Source: Heterodontus francisci
Lineage: Eukaryota
Direction: 5' to 3'
Assembly (NCBI RefSeq): GCF_036365525.1
Contig: NC_090399.1
Span: forward strand, 5,455,558 to 5,519,557
DNA: 64,000 nt
Position 1 is the first letter of the stretch. Each line of letters opens with the position of its first letter. The notes beneath the pieces were generated by a model. That model made no database searches. It saw only the letters and a list, made by a program, of their open reading frames with translations, and was not told the origin of the DNA. The position numbers and the translations under genes were made by a program. Positions 14,113-28,000 of this stretch are shown piece after piece.

Positions 14113-14335
14113 AGTGTAGTGGTAATGTCACTAGTAATCCATAGCCCAAGCTAATCCTCTGGGGACATGGGTTCGAATCCCACCATGGCAGATGGTGAAA
14201 TTTGAATTCAATTAATAAATCCGGAATTAAAAGGCAGTCTAATGGTGACCATGAAATCATTATCGAGGTCCTTACTTAGTCTGGCCTACATGTGACTCCG
14301 GACCCACAGCAATGTGATTGACTCTTAAATACCCT
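14113..14335 (+). mobile_element. tRNA-like head element; related copies at ~43805-44295 and ~53615-54428 (the latter split by a SINE) are joined to the second-family LINE tail
   Basis: B box GTTCGAATCC at 14171; shared block tctggcctacatgtgactcc..cacagcaatgtg..tgactctt. Confidence 0.75.
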
Positions 14336-15378
14336 CCAATACCCATCAGACAGTGGCCGTGGGATGTTTTACATCCACCTGAGAGGGCAGGCGGGGCCTT
14401 GGTTTAACGTGTGTTCCCCCCCGCCCCAAGTGACTCGAGTGCAGAGAGAACTCCTGTGGATAAATCCCCGTGCATGACCCAGCAACCAGTTGCTGTGACT
14501 GACCCACTTGGGAATATATTGCATGTTGGTTCAAGCTGTTGGACAAAGCTACCACACAGCCCGGTGTGAAAACAGTTTCCTGTGTCCGACTCCCAGTCAA
14601 TGCTGAGTTAGATGATCTCGGCACAAGTGTCAATGGTAAACCCATTGTATGACTTTCCCAAAGCCAGACTGCACCCTCGTTCCTCCCACTCTTCATCTAT
14701 CTGTAAGGTCATTTGTGATTAACGTCTTAAACATCCTTCTCTGTCACTCTTCTCTCTCACTCTCTATCTAGTCACAAGAAAGGCCTCCATTTACGTCGGG
14801 CCTTTCACAACCTCATGATCCAAGCCTGTCAAATGTCGCTGTTGTAACGTGGCAGCCAGTCTGCGGCCAGCAAGCTCCCCTTTCTACTCTTGGAAATAAT
14901 GGCCTTGGGATCCTTTACATCTATCTGAGAGGGTAGACGGAGCCTCAGTTTAACATCTCATCTGAAAGGTGGCACTTCTGACAGTGTAGCAGTCTCTCCG
15001 TGCCACACTGGGAGTGTCAGTTTAGATTTTCGTGTTCAAGTCTCTGCATTTGAACCAACAACCTCCTGACTCTTGAGGTGAGAGCACTATCCCCCTGAGC
15101 CACAGCTGACAGATGATCTGTATCTACAGATAGCAATGGGAATCTGGAACAGTTTTCCATAAAGCCTGTGAGGCTGGATGCCAATTGGATAAGGGTATTG
15201 AGGGTTATGGAGCCAAGGCGGGTAAATGGATTTGAGATACAGATCAGCAATGATCGGGTTTTATGGCAGAATAGGCTCAAAGGGCTGGACGGCTTCACCA
15301 TGTACCTACTTGTCCAAGACCACTGCCGCACAGCATTTTTCTCCAGACCTAACCTACCCTCTGCTGTTTGTCCCTCAG

Positions 15379-15644
15379 AGAGTCTCTACAACACAACACG
15401 GGATTATGAGGTGATGATGCAGATCGACTGTGAGGTGATGGACACCAGAATCATCCAGATCAAGAGCTCGTCTGTGCCCCCCTCCCTCCGCCAGCCCCAG
15501 GACAATGGCACAGGTTCCTTCCATCCCCATGGCAACACAAGTAGGGCACCCAGCACAGCGGGGCTGCGATCCCAGCCCCTGCCAGCCACTGCGCCCAGCA
15601 ACAAGGATGCTCTGTACCTCACGACAGAAGACGGTGAAGTGTAG
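15379..15644 (+). CDS. ATF6B: ATF6-beta-like, terminal coding exon: (E)SLYNTTRDYEVMMQIDCEVMDTRIIQIKSSSVPPSLRQ...LYLTTEDGEV*
   Basis: Acceptor tccctcag ends at 15378; phase 1 matches the previous donor. Contains the conserved MMQIDCEVMDTR luminal motif; TAG at 15642-15644. Confidence 0.95.
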
Positions 15645-15805
15645 CACTGGTGGTTCCCAGCCCCGCGCCCCCGTTAACTATCTCTCCGGCCCAAAAGCAA
15701 GCAGGATCTTTGCAGCGACCGGACAGGTTTTACGCTTGTTGCTTTCTTTGCCCCTCCCTACCTCCTTCACACACACACAATGCTCGTTCAAGAATTTGAT
15801 GAGTG

Positions 15806-16610
15806 AAATCTGGTACTGGCTGGTGGGGATGTTGAAGGAGGAATCTGGTCTGGTGGGGATGCGGAGGGGGGAATCTGGTCTGGTGGGGATGCGGAAGGGG
15901 GAATCTGGTCTGGTGGGGATGCGGAAGGGGGAATCCGGTCTGGTGGGGATGTGGAAGGGGGAATCTGGTCTGGTGGGGATGTGGAAGGGGGAATCTGGTC
16001 TGGTGGGGATGTGGAAGGGGGAATCTGGTCTGGTGGGGATACGGAAGGGGGAATCCGGTCTGGTGGGGATGTGGAAGGGGGAATCCGGTCTGGTGGGGAT
16101 GCGGAAGGGGGAATCTGGTCTGGTGGGGATGCGGAAGGGGGAATCCGGTTTGGTGGGGATGTGGAAGGGGGAATCCGGTCTGGTGGGGATGCGGAAGGGG
16201 GAATCTGGTCTGGTGGGGATGTGGAAGGGGGAATCCGGTCTGGTGGGGATGCGGCAGGGGGAATCTGGTCTGGTGGCGATGCGGAAGGGGGAATCCGGTC
16301 TGGTGGGGATGCGGAAGGGGGAATCTGGTCTGGTGGGGATGCGGAAGGGGGAATCTGGTCTGGTGGGGATGCGGAAGGGGGAATCTGGTCTGGTGGGGAT
16401 GCGGAAGGGGGAATCTGGTCTGGTGGGGATGCGGAAGGGGGAATCTGGTCTGGTGGGGATGCTGAAGGGGGAATCTGGTCTGGTGGGGATGTTGAAGGGG
16501 GAATCTGGTCTGGTGGGGATGCGGAAGGGGGAATCTGGTCTGGTGGGGATGCTGAAGGGGGAATCTGGTCTGGTGGGGGTGTTGAAGGGGGAATCTGGTC
16601 TGGTATCAGC
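15806..16610 (+). repeat. 30-bp G-rich minisatellite (GAATCTGGTCTGGTGGGGATGCGGAAGGGG), ~26 copies, in the presumed ATF6B 3' UTR
   Basis: Exact 30-bp period; starts ~160 bp after the stop codon. Confidence 0.97.
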
Positions 16611-19600
16611 CGGAGGTGGGGATCCAGAGCAGGGATCTGGTCTAGTGGGGATCCGGAGGGGTGATCTAGTCTAGTGGGTATGAGTAGTCAGAGGTCTGGT
16701 TGCTTTTAAGCTTCTGTGAGGCACTGGGGGCCTAGACGAGCTCGCCATCTTCCAATCTTGGAAAGGTGCAACACGCTACCTGCTGTGTTTCCAATCCCTG
16801 GAGCTGTGGCCTGCCAGAATTTTTGGTGATGGTGAAACCCACGTTACAGGGAAGTGTGTGTGTGTATGACGTCTTGCATTAATGTCTTATAATTCCACTA
16901 GAATGACTGTGAAATATTAATTTTTATCCCCCATCCCCAACGCCACAGCCTCTAAATATCCAGTTGGTAAAAGTTCTGGGATTATAGACTGGTACTTTCT
17001 GTTCTGCAGAATTCCAAACCAGCGGTGCTCGTCCAGCTTACCGTACTAACCTATTGCGCAAAAGTCTTGTATTGATCCTTGACCATATTGCCTGATGCAG
17101 TCTTTTAATTACCCCCTTCGTGTCCTCAACTTGAAGCTACGTTGCATTTATGCAACATGCAGGTGGCCTATTCCAGTACAACTTGCTTTAGTATAGACTG
17201 AAGAATCACTACGAGTGTGCAGGTGACAGCTGGAACGTCTCTGCTATCAAACTGAACTCGATGTGCAGAATGCTTCAATACTGAAGCAAGAAAACCTTTG
17301 TGTAATCCTAGTTTGGTCCGCTTGGGGTCCTGATTTGTGCAGTAATGGCCTGGTCACTTATATCATTTCTATTTTTATTGCATTAAATTCATCCTGACCA
17401 GAAATTCTGTGATTGCAACAAACAATTTCTTATCATCTGCACTAGCGGAGACTTCTAATTGGAAGCTGCCCATTAGCCCCAAACTTTTTGTTCATGTATC
17501 CAAAACAAAAATATTTGAAGCAGTTTCGTGTTTGTTTCCATGATTATGTGTAGTACAGAATGGGGATTTCACTGTTAATTGTACATAGCATATTGGGTTT
17601 CTATCATGTAACCATTCTGTTAACTGGTAATCGTGTGTGTGTTTGCATTTATGTCTCATGTGAAGTTCAACACAGCTTCGCTTTTATGGTTTAATTTTGT
17701 TTTCTTTGAGGTGTTCTGAATCACCAAGCATTAGCTTTGCCCATCACAAAGTATGAGCGCTGCAGAAAACCCTCTTCATTGTGTCGTAGTGAATCATTGG
17801 GAGAAAGCATGCGAGGGGGATGGCAGTGTCGGAACAAGTTCCAATAGAAAGGAAGTAAGGGCACAGCCAGTCGAAATGCCCAGCCAATATTTGACAGGTA
17901 GCAAGTGAGCAATGGAAACAATAATTGGCATAATTTCCCCTCATCACCGCCTCCCCCCGCCACCCCCGTCCCCAAGAAAAGCATCTACTGGGGTGATGTG
18001 TGAAGATCCATGAACAAGTGACACGAATCCTGCCTGAGCCAATAGTTATGGATTCATCGCTGAACATGACACCAGTGTGATGGAATCCTAAGTTGTTAGC
18101 TGGTCTGTATGTATATATAAATCTAAAGTTGTGATTTAAAAAAATATATATATATAATTTATTATTTAACTTGCATTTTTTGTGTAGTATTTTTCTGATG
18201 TTTGGTTTTGCAAAGTCCTAAGAATGCACTAAATTTCCAGTGGGCCTGGCCCAGTACCATGCAAAATGCTTTTCCCTCCCAGTCCTTGCCTACTTCAGCA
18301 GGGCACCCTGATATGTAAATACTGAGGTTCCAGATTACCTTTATTGATGTATTCCTGAGGGGTGCTCAAGCAGCGTCAACTGAAAATGCCAATGCTTGTG
18401 TCGTTTTGTTTGCGGTTGAAAGAAAACGCTTTACTTAAAACCTCAATTGTGTGCATGGCCTGGCACCTCGATGTGTGGTGTTGGACCCTTGCCTGTACTT
18501 GCATAGACGTCGATGGGCAGCAAGCATTGCATCCGTGATGTACTCTAGTTCTGATGGTGGTCCTGGTGTGTCTGCAGAATGCTCCCCCTAGTAAAGTACC
18601 TTGAGTACTAGCAGTTCACAGTTCGAAACAGGAGGAGGCCATTCAGCCCCTCTACCTGGTTCTATCATTCAGCTAGATCGAGGCTGAACTGTACCCCAAT
18701 TCCATTTACCTGCCTTGCTCCATGGCCCTCGCTACCCTTGCCCAACAAAGGAAGTAGTTGCATTTATACAGCGTCTTTCATGACCTCCGGACACCCCAAA
18801 GTACTCACAGCCAACAAAGCACTTCCCTTTTTCCCGGAAGTATGGACACAGTTGTAATGCAGGAAACACGGCAGCCAATTTGCGCATGGCAAGCTCCCAC
18901 AAACAACGGAGGTACTGAACAGGGAATCAGTTTTAGTGATGGTTGAAACACCAGTCGTGCGGTGGGATCTTTTTCATCCGCCTGAGAGGGCAATTGGGGG
19001 CTTTGGTTACAAAAGACGGAAAGAATAGCGCTTCTGACAGTGCAGCACTCCCTCAGTACTACAGTGGAGTGTCAGCCGAGATTTTGTGCTCAAGTCTCTG
19101 GAGTGGGACTTGAACCCAAAACCTTCTGACTTGGGTGGGCGCGAGAGAGAGAGCGAGCCACAGAAATCTGTCAGTCTGAGTTTTGATCGTTCAGTTAACG
19201 CAGCCTTTTTTAGGGAGCGAGTTACAGATTTCCATCACCCTTTGTCGAAAAAGGGCTGTTTCTTGCTTTTTCAGAATGGCCTAGCCTCACTTTTACGATG
19301 GAGCCACCTTGATTTGGATGAATCCCCACCATAGGAAATACTTTCTACGTGTCTACCTTATTGACTGGTTTCATCTTAAATGTACTGTGCTACTGCCCCT
19401 TGCATAGGAGTAAGAGAAGTTCATTCAGCTCCTTGAGCCTGTCCCACTATTCAGTGAGATCATGGCTGATCTGTATCTTAACTCCATATACCCTTACCCA
19501 ACAAAGATATGATCATTCTCAATTTTAAAAGCCTCCACAGCCTTATGGGAGAGAGTTTTCCACATTTGTGTGAAGAGGTGTTTCCTAATTTCACTGTATT

Positions 19601-22600
19601 TTAAGATTATGCTGCCTTGTTTCAGAACTAGAGGAACTGGTTTCTCTTCATCCGCCCTATCGAATCCTTTCAATATTTTAAGCACATCAATCGGCTTGCC
19701 CCTCAGTCTTTATTTACTCAAGGGAATACAAGCCTAGTCTATGCACCCTGTCCTCCTACTTTAACCCTTTTAGCCCCCGGTTTCATTCTGGTGAATCTGG
19801 GCTGCACCTTCTCCAAGGCCAGTGTATCTTCCCTCAGCCTCTTGCTCGGATTGGATCTGAAAAGGCCAAGGAAATGAGCTAAAGCTTCCACAGCTTTCTA
19901 TGATTCTATATCGTAACCAGAAAATTAATTTTTTTCCCGCCTGCTTCCTGTGGCATATTGCGGTTTAAAATCGACATAGTTTAAACTAGAGACAGCCCCA
20001 CCCATTACCATGGTACCAGGGCTGGGAGATTTCAGTTACGTGGGGAGACTGGAGAAGCTAGGATCCAAATCCTTAGACCAGAGGAGTTTAAGGGGAGATT
20101 TCATAGAGGTGTTCAAAAACATGAAGGATTACCAGAAGACACTAAGTTAAAATAAGTGGCAAAAGAACCGGGCAGAATTGGATAAATACTTGAATACTGG
20201 GAAAGAAGAAAAGCAACTTGAATTTATATAGTGCCTTTAATGTAATGAAACGTCCCAAGGCACTTCAGAGGCACAATTTGAGCCAGTTGAGGTGTTATGA
20301 GGGCAGACAGCCAAAAGCTTGGTTAGACGGCGGGAGTGGGATTAATTAGTTAGCTCTTTCAAAGCGCCAGCACAGGCACGATGGGCTGAATGGCCCCCTC
20401 CTGTATTGCAGGATCCTGATGGTGAATGAGCTGAAGTGACACGTGGCTGCCTGGTTTCCAGTTCATCAGGTTATGATCATTATTGCGGTGTGTGTACATC
20501 TGAATTTTCTTGCAACAACTAGTTACTCGGGTCAAAGGCTTTGTGCTGTGTTGTCGTTTAATCTCACCTTCCCTCCCCCTTGCCACATTTCCAGCCTGTT
20601 TGATTCACATGACCTGCTCAAGTTACTGTCATTGTGACGGTAATGTTCTGTTTGCAGGTGAGAATGCGGTAATGCTGCAGCAGGTTTCACCTTTCAATTT
20701 TATATATTAAAAAAAATTCTGGGTATTAAAGCCTGGAACTAAGGTGTCATGAGTTGTTCTCATGTTCCTTTTTCTTTTAATTTGAGGTTTTGGGATTCCC
20801 CCCACCCCCCCTCTGCGCCATGGTCATAATGTGACCAAGCCATCACTGTGTGTCCAGTTAAATCTATCTTCAATTGTTCAGCAACAGCTTTGTGAACCCA
20901 AATATAAACCAGCTGCACCCTAGAACCTTGCTGTAGCTGTAACCTCCGACATAACAACTGAGCAAAATGGTGGTGTAAATTAGTGATTGCAATATGTTTT
21001 TTTTAAAATATGAGTGACCATCCTCAGGAAATGTATCTGAAGTGAGTGGTTTGCATTGAAACTGTTACTGCAAATAGGATGTTAGGGTGGTGGCAGCATC
21101 TGTGAGCGAAGGCAAGTGGCCTCTTCAGATAAAGGGCACCAGTTCCAATATTGGCCTGTTTGTGGCGATTCCCAGTTTAAAACGGTCCAATTCTTGGTTT
21201 GTTTGTTTTAGCTCTTATTGACGAGATACTCGAAATGTAATGCGTTCCATCCATATCTTTGTGTTCTGGTGACATGTTGAAGCACAGGCACAATCCAAGA
21301 AAAGGGGAATGGAAAAGAATGTAGAATGCACTTAGCCAGTTGTCAGCCAGGGCTGTTGAGGTAGTTTTGAAGAAAATTTATTCATGCACTTGAATAAAAC
21401 TTGTGCTTCTCTGCAAACTTGCCTAGACTTTGGCAAGTCAAGTTTCTGTTGTACTTGACAGTCTTATTTTCTTTTGAAAATCATTGTGCGACAATTCTGT
21501 TGTGATTTGATATTGTTTTATAACCTTTTCTATTGTATTTGTAACATTGCAGTCTTGGAGATATCCTTTTCTATTGAAGTCTTGAAACGTAACACTCGCC
21601 GACAGCCACTGTTAATGTGGGTGTGTTGGAACAGGAAAGCGGAGTTATCTTGGTAATTCAGATGCTCTTGTTACAATTCTGTCAACCTGCTTAGGTCCAA
21701 ACATCACATTCCCTCCAGGTCTGATGAGTCTAAGGTTTTCACCTCCACTATAGGTCGCAGGAGGCCATTCCAAATGTTGATCGCTTTTTTTTTTGTATCA
21801 AGTTCCAGCTAAGATCCATCCTAAACTGTCTGTTCACTGGTTTCAGTCTGTTCCCTGATTCTGCCATACTACTTTTCCTTGTGGTATCAGTCCAGTTTGG
21901 CTTTGTCTATCCCATCCCCCTCTCTGTTGTCAGCCGCGCCTTTAGCTGCCTGGACCTTAAGCTGTAGAATTCCCTCTCTGCCTCTCGACCCCTCTTTCCT
22001 CAATTAAACCGCTCCTTAAAAAGCTACCCCTTTGACAACATTTTAAATCACTGGCCCTGATATCTTCTTGTGTGGCTCATTGCTGAAGTTTGTTTGATAA
22101 TCGCTCCTGTGAAGCGTTTTGGGAGGTTAAAAGCAATATATGAATGCAAACTCTCTTTTTTTTCCATTCAAGACCCATTTCTCCAATTCTGTGAACCCAG
22201 GATTCACTGTTAATGCCCCTTTCTGCACCCACCCTTCAGTATTTCCCATTATGTCTTGCTGGACACAGTACTGTACAGAGTCCCACTCTGAGTATTGGCG
22301 CCACACTATCCGACTTGCACTTAGAGCTGGCTTAGGGATATAATGTAGAATTCTAACCGCTTTGTTTATTGTTGTTCCACAATGATTTGACAGTACTGGA
22401 ATCTGTGAACGCCCATATCCCTTTCCACCTTGCCTTCAGCACTGTTCTGGCTAGCCTAACATCTGTTATTTCCTGCCAGCATGTGTATTGACTGTCTGGA
22501 AGTGTTGTGTTGCCACTGCTCAATGTCAGCACTTGCTCATTGCAACAAGTGATCTTAGGAAGGACTGACAGTCAGCCTAACCAATCTGAAACTGGCTCTG

Positions 22601-23701
22601 CATATCCTTTGAGTCTCTTCCCTTGTCTCCTCCCCATCACCTATATTGAATCTTTGCCTTCATGGGGTTGTCACTGGTGACAGTTTGCAGTTAAACATCT
22701 GGGCAAGGAACTTCCAGAGAGCCAGCACACCTCGGGGAGGTAAAAGTTGAGATCAGCAACACTATCCCTTTGGACTGTGCTGACATAGGAACAGAAGGAG
22801 GCCATTCAGCCCCTCGAGCCTGTTCCACCATTCAGTTTGATCATGGCTGATGTGCCTTAACTTTAATTTAGCGCTTTAGTTCCATATCTTTGGATACCTT
22901 TATCCAACATCCTGCCTATATCTCAGTTTTCTTTCAACCCCCAGCCTCAACAACTTTTTTTGGTGGGTGGAGGGGGTCAAATTTCCTGGACCTTTTGTGT
23001 GGGAAAAGTGACCTCCCTCCTGAACAGCCTGGTTCTAATTTCAAGGCTATAGCTATATTTTGGGATTGCCCCCACACCAGAGGCAATGGTTTCTATCTAT
23101 CTACCCAATCAGCTCCTGCAATCATCTTAAACATGTCCGTTAGATCACCCCTTAATCTTCATTAAGCCGAGTCAGAATAAAAAAAGTCTCCTGCCTTGTA
23201 AACTATAATTTTCCCTTTATGAATTAAGTTTACCTCATCTGTAATGGGCATGGAAAGTGATGTGCTGGAGTCATGGACTTTTTTTTACCAGCTTAGGTCA
23301 GGGCATGTTTTGGGATCAAAGGCAGCGGGTGGGAAAGGGATACCTTTGTCCCTGATGCCCATGCTTTCTCTGTCCTGTGTTCAGGCCGATGAGCATTGCT
23401 AAAATGGGGTCATGTTGGCACCCACAGTGATGGGGTGGGCAGCACGAAAATTCAGCAGGAGAGCAGGGTGGATGAACCTTCAAAAGCACTCCTTATGCCG
23501 AAAGACGATGGTATGTAATGGCCAAGCTATGCAAGAGGCAGAGGCGAGCAGTGAGAATTAACTGGTGCGGAGTGTTGCCAAGAGTATTTGTAACTATTCC
23601 TGTCTGATCCTGTGAACTATGCAAATATCTGGTATGTTAGGTTTTTTGTGTAAATAACTTTTTTTTTATTTCTGGATTTGATGTAAAATGTTGGCGTTTG
23701 T

Positions 23702-23707
23702 AATAAA
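23702..23707 (+). terminator. Candidate distal polyadenylation signal of ATF6B (alternative AATAAA at 21393)
   Basis: AATAAA preceded by U-rich/TGTA elements (tgtaaataactttttttt, tgtaaaa) and followed by GT/T-rich sequence. No transcript evidence. Confidence 0.4.
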
Positions 23708-25006
23708 GGTGTTAGAAATCAAACTGGCTGCTGTTTTAATCTTCACCTTCCCCATTTAGCACAGAGCAAAGATGGGTTTCCTGACTGTGTTACTCTGTAA
23801 GTGGAGGTCATGTCGGTGCCACCGTGCGAGGGGATGCCCCGTTGGTGTTGCTGTGCCACAGGTCTGAATTGTTTGACACTTTAGCTGCTGTATTAAATGT
23901 ACATTCCATAGAGAGAGAGTAAAATATTCCCTGTGTTTAGCTCACAAGATTAATCCCAGGTTCCATGAGGTGACAGGATTGATCAGAATCACATGCTGAT
24001 GCAGTTTGTGTGATGTTACTGTGATGTATGAAAGACAGTGTGAGTTTAGTGAACCTTGTACCCTGGGCGATGATGATGATCTAACCCCAAGCTAACAGTG
24101 TAGGGAAAATTAGGTGTTTGGTCAGGGTGACTTTATAGTGCTTGTGAAAGTATTTGATGCTCTGCCAAAGATGATGATATTTATGATCTTTTCTAGGAAA
24201 GGGTTTGCAAGAGCCAGATGTCCTTTGTTGTGGAGAACTATACAGTCATGGATTTGGTTGTTGGAGACTCCAGTCATCTTTATGCTATGCGACGGTCCCC
24301 TTTGAAAGAGACTGACTGGGGTGTGAGAGAACAAGTAGAAGGTTAGGTAGTATTGCTAGAATCAGCAAGTGCAAGATAAAGGGTAACATCCACGCTCGGA
24401 GTGTTAGAGAATCGTAGAGCGATCCAGCACAGACGGAGGCCAGTCCTGCCTCTGTCAGCTCTTTGAAAGAGCTTATCCACTTCATGTCCTGCCCCTTTCT
24501 CCATAGCCCAGCACTATTTTCCTTTCATCTATGCATCCAATTCCCTTTGTTACTTACCTTCACCACCCTTCTAGGCAGAGCATTCCAGATCAAGACAACT
24601 CGCTGTGTTTTTTTTTAAAACTTTCACGTTTGCCCTCTAGTTCTTTTGCCAATCCCCCTAAATCTGCATCCTCTGATTACTGCCAATGGAAACAGCTTCT
24701 CCTTATTTACTCCATCAAACCTGTTCAAGATTTAAAACTTCTTGATCAAATCTCCCTTCAGTTTTCACTGCCCTAAGTAGAACCTCCAGCTGCTCCATGT
24801 AACTGAAGTTTTTTTCCATCCCTAGTAAACCTCCACTGCACCCTCTCCATGCTGTGCATATCCATCCTAAAGTGTGATGACCAGCCTTGACCGGTATTGT
24901 TCAGTACGTGTGCTGAAGGATATTTGAGGCTCTGGAGAGGGTACAAAGGATAATGCAATGTTTCAGAGCTCTGATTAATCAGGAGAGGTTCTGTGAGTTG
25001 AGATGC

Positions 25007-25012
25007 TTTATT
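25007..25012 (-). terminator. Candidate polyadenylation signal of the OLFML2-like gene
   Basis: AATAAA on the - strand (tttatt on +) in non-repeat sequence ~4.8 kb past the stop codon. Inference only. Confidence 0.3.
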
Positions 25013-28000
25013 TTCAACAAATGCAGACAAGAGAGAATACCATTGCGGTTTTTGTTAAAAGATGAAAGGGTTGGAATGATTTGAGATAGTGGGCACACAT
25101 ATAAAGGCAGGAAACAATTCCTTGCCCTAAAGTTATTGCCCTCTGGGGCAAACAGCCAAGAAATAAAAAGTAGGAAGTTACAGGAGTTCATTAGACTTCA
25201 GTGGATACAATAAGTTCACACATCCCACATATGGGCTATAAATTAGAGGGGTTTCACTGGCCACAATAGTACAGAAAAGTCCCGACTGCAGTGGAGATTG
25301 TTAAAGTTAGTTAAAGGCGCCCTTACTGTGCAGTATCTGAAGTGGGAGTACTCATCACTGACAATGTGTTCCCACGATGTGAAAATAACCATTTTGTTCA
25401 TCCTTGACTTTAGTACAAAATCATTTTTTTTTTAAATTGCAGAATCAGAGGATGAACACTCTCTACGGAAAAAGGAAAATCTTGTATTTATGTAGCGCCT
25501 CACTAAGGTCCTGCAGCCAATTTGTGCACAGCAAGCTCTCGGACAGCAATGAGATAATCTGGGGGTTTTGGAATGTTGGTTGAGGGATAAATATTGCCCA
25601 GGACACTGGGGAGAACGCACCTTCTCTTCTGGCCGTGGGATCTTTTACACCACCTGAGGGGGCAGACAGGGCATCGGTTTAAAGTCTCATCCAAGAGACA
25701 GCACCTCTGACAGTGCAGCACTCCCTGGGTACTTGCACTGGGAGCGTCAGCCTTTATTTGGTGCTGAAGTCCCGAGTGGGGCTTGACCCCGTGACCTGAT
25801 TCTGGGCTAAGTGCTCCTCACTGAGTGACGTGAGTAGGACAGTGTACTGGTTCTGTTCCTGCACTTGTAACCCAGAATATTCAAACTACACTACAGTGAG
25901 CTATGAATTTCAATGAAGCTGGTAATTGTGTTGGCATCAGAGAAAGAAAACAGCCATGAAAAGATGCTGAGTTGTTGCATTTTTACATGTGCTTCAGGGA
26001 GGGGAGCCAACTCCATCCCCCTTTCCCAGCTAGTCTGGTCTACGCTTGACTCCAGTCTCTCTCTACACCACTGACTCAATGCCCTCTGAAGTGGTACAAC
26101 CAGTTGCTATTGGAAAATGGTATTGACGTAGAAGATCAGCCATGGTCTTGTTGAATGGCGGAGCAGGCTCGATGGGCCGAATGGCCTACTCCTGTTCCTA
26201 TCCTATGAGCCCCACCTTAGTCCTGGGCAATAAATACCTGCCTTGCCAGTGACTCCCCACATCCTCAGAACAAATTTAACACCAACTCCTGTCCCCAGCA
26301 TTTCGGGGTGCATTGAAAGCATGGAGAAAACTACTCTCGTGGTGTTACTGCTACAAATGCCCTGTGCACACTTCTGTTCTGAACTTGTATTAAAATATAA
26401 GGGCTCATTGACCTGCACTGGTTTACGGTCTGTCAGTGCTCTTCCTTTGAAAACTCTTGTTTTCAAATCCCTCCAGGGCCTTGCCTCCCTATCTTTGTTA
26501 TCTCCTCCAGCTGCCAGCTCTCTGCATTCATCCAATTGTGGTGTCTTGAGCATCCCTGATTTTAATTGCTCCATTATTGGTGGCTGTGCTGCTAAAACCC
26601 TAACCTGTGGAATTCTGTCTGTAAACCTCTTCGGTCTATCTCTGTCTGTCTGTCTCCTTTAAGATGCTTCTTAAAACCTACCTCTTTGACCAAGCTTTGG
26701 GGCACCTCTGCTGATATCTTTTCTTACATGGCTCGGTGTCAAGTGTTACCTGATGATGCTTCTGTGAAGCACCTTGGGACATTTTACTGTGTTGCAGGTG
26801 CTATGTAAATGCAAGATATTGTTAAAATCTTAACTTGGTTTGAGCTCTTCTTCCTCCACCTGATGATTTAGTGCAGTGCTGAGCCAATGAGGCTTATAGC
26901 GTTAGTCCTGGATGGGGAGGAGGCCTTTCAAAGTTCACACACGCTGCCCTCCGGCTTGTGAGGGGCAAGTTCGCCACTCCTTATCTTCCTTCAGCCACCT
27001 GCTGGATCGTGTGAACATTGTTGGGGGCATTGGGAGGGGAGGGGGTGTATAGGGGGCAGAGCGGGGGGAGTGACTAGATTTCTAATTTCCCCCCCCCCCC
27101 CCCCCGCCCAGCCCGAGGGTTAAACAATTGCGGCAGATTGGCTGCCCGCTATCGAAACAGAAGCAGACCGTTTTTATAATGAGAAGCCGATCCACTGCAC
27201 TGACGCCTACCACCCGTGAATCGCCCAATCACTGCTCACTTTCTAAACTCACTCTCGCAGAATGCTCAGCCAGGATAAAATCATGCTGCACAGGAGGAGA
27301 CCATTCACCCTATCATGCCCGTACCAGCTCTTTAATAGAGCTATCCCGTTAGTCCCACATTCCCTGCTCTTTCTCCATCATTCTGCAATTTTTTTCCCTT
27401 CAGGTATTTATCCAATTCCCTTTTGGAAGTTGGAATTGAATCTGCTTCCACCGTCCTGTCAGATTCCAGCTCTCAACAACTCAGTGATAAAAGAAAGTCT
27501 CTTCATCTCTGGTTCTTTAGCCAATCACCTTAAACCTATATCCTCTGTTATCGGCCCTCCGTCCGGTGGAAACAGTTTCTCTCCCTTCACTCTATAAAAG
27601 CCCTTTATGATCTTGAAAACCTCTATGAAATATTCCCCCTCAACCTTCTCTGCTCTAAGGAGAACTGTTTCACCAGTCTGTCCATAACTGAAGGCTCTCT
27701 TCCTTGGTACAATGCTAGTAAATCTCGCTGTGCCCTCACCAAGGCCTTGACATCCTGCCTAAAGTAGAGGCTTGTCAGTTCATATCGGTCCTTACTGCCC
27801 CAGCACTATCTTCAGGAGAGGAAGATGATGGTAGCCTATATACCGTCTGGGAAAAGGTGCATTTTAAGGTATGGAGTGACAAGTAAAAATAGTTTGTTTT
27901 TACAAGAACAGAATTCTTTCCTATTTCAACACAGAATCGAAGGCCTCAGTAGTTGTGGGGATGGTTACAAGGCCTGCGGGCCCCACCTTCCCTCAGGGAT

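Noticed and set aside
14113-14190. tRNA gene
   Set aside because: A/B boxes are present, but there is no complete cloverleaf and the sequence continues into a dispersed repeat; it is a retroelement head.
15505-16674. 389-aa and 237-aa ORFs with GESGLVGMRK / GGIWSGGDAE repeats
   Set aside because: Translations of a stop-free 30-bp minisatellite in the ATF6B 3' UTR; several frames are open and no splice route into them is evident.
27130-27245. ERSE (CCAAT-N9-CCACG) autoregulatory element
   Set aside because: Neither CCAAT is followed by CCACG at 9-nt spacing.
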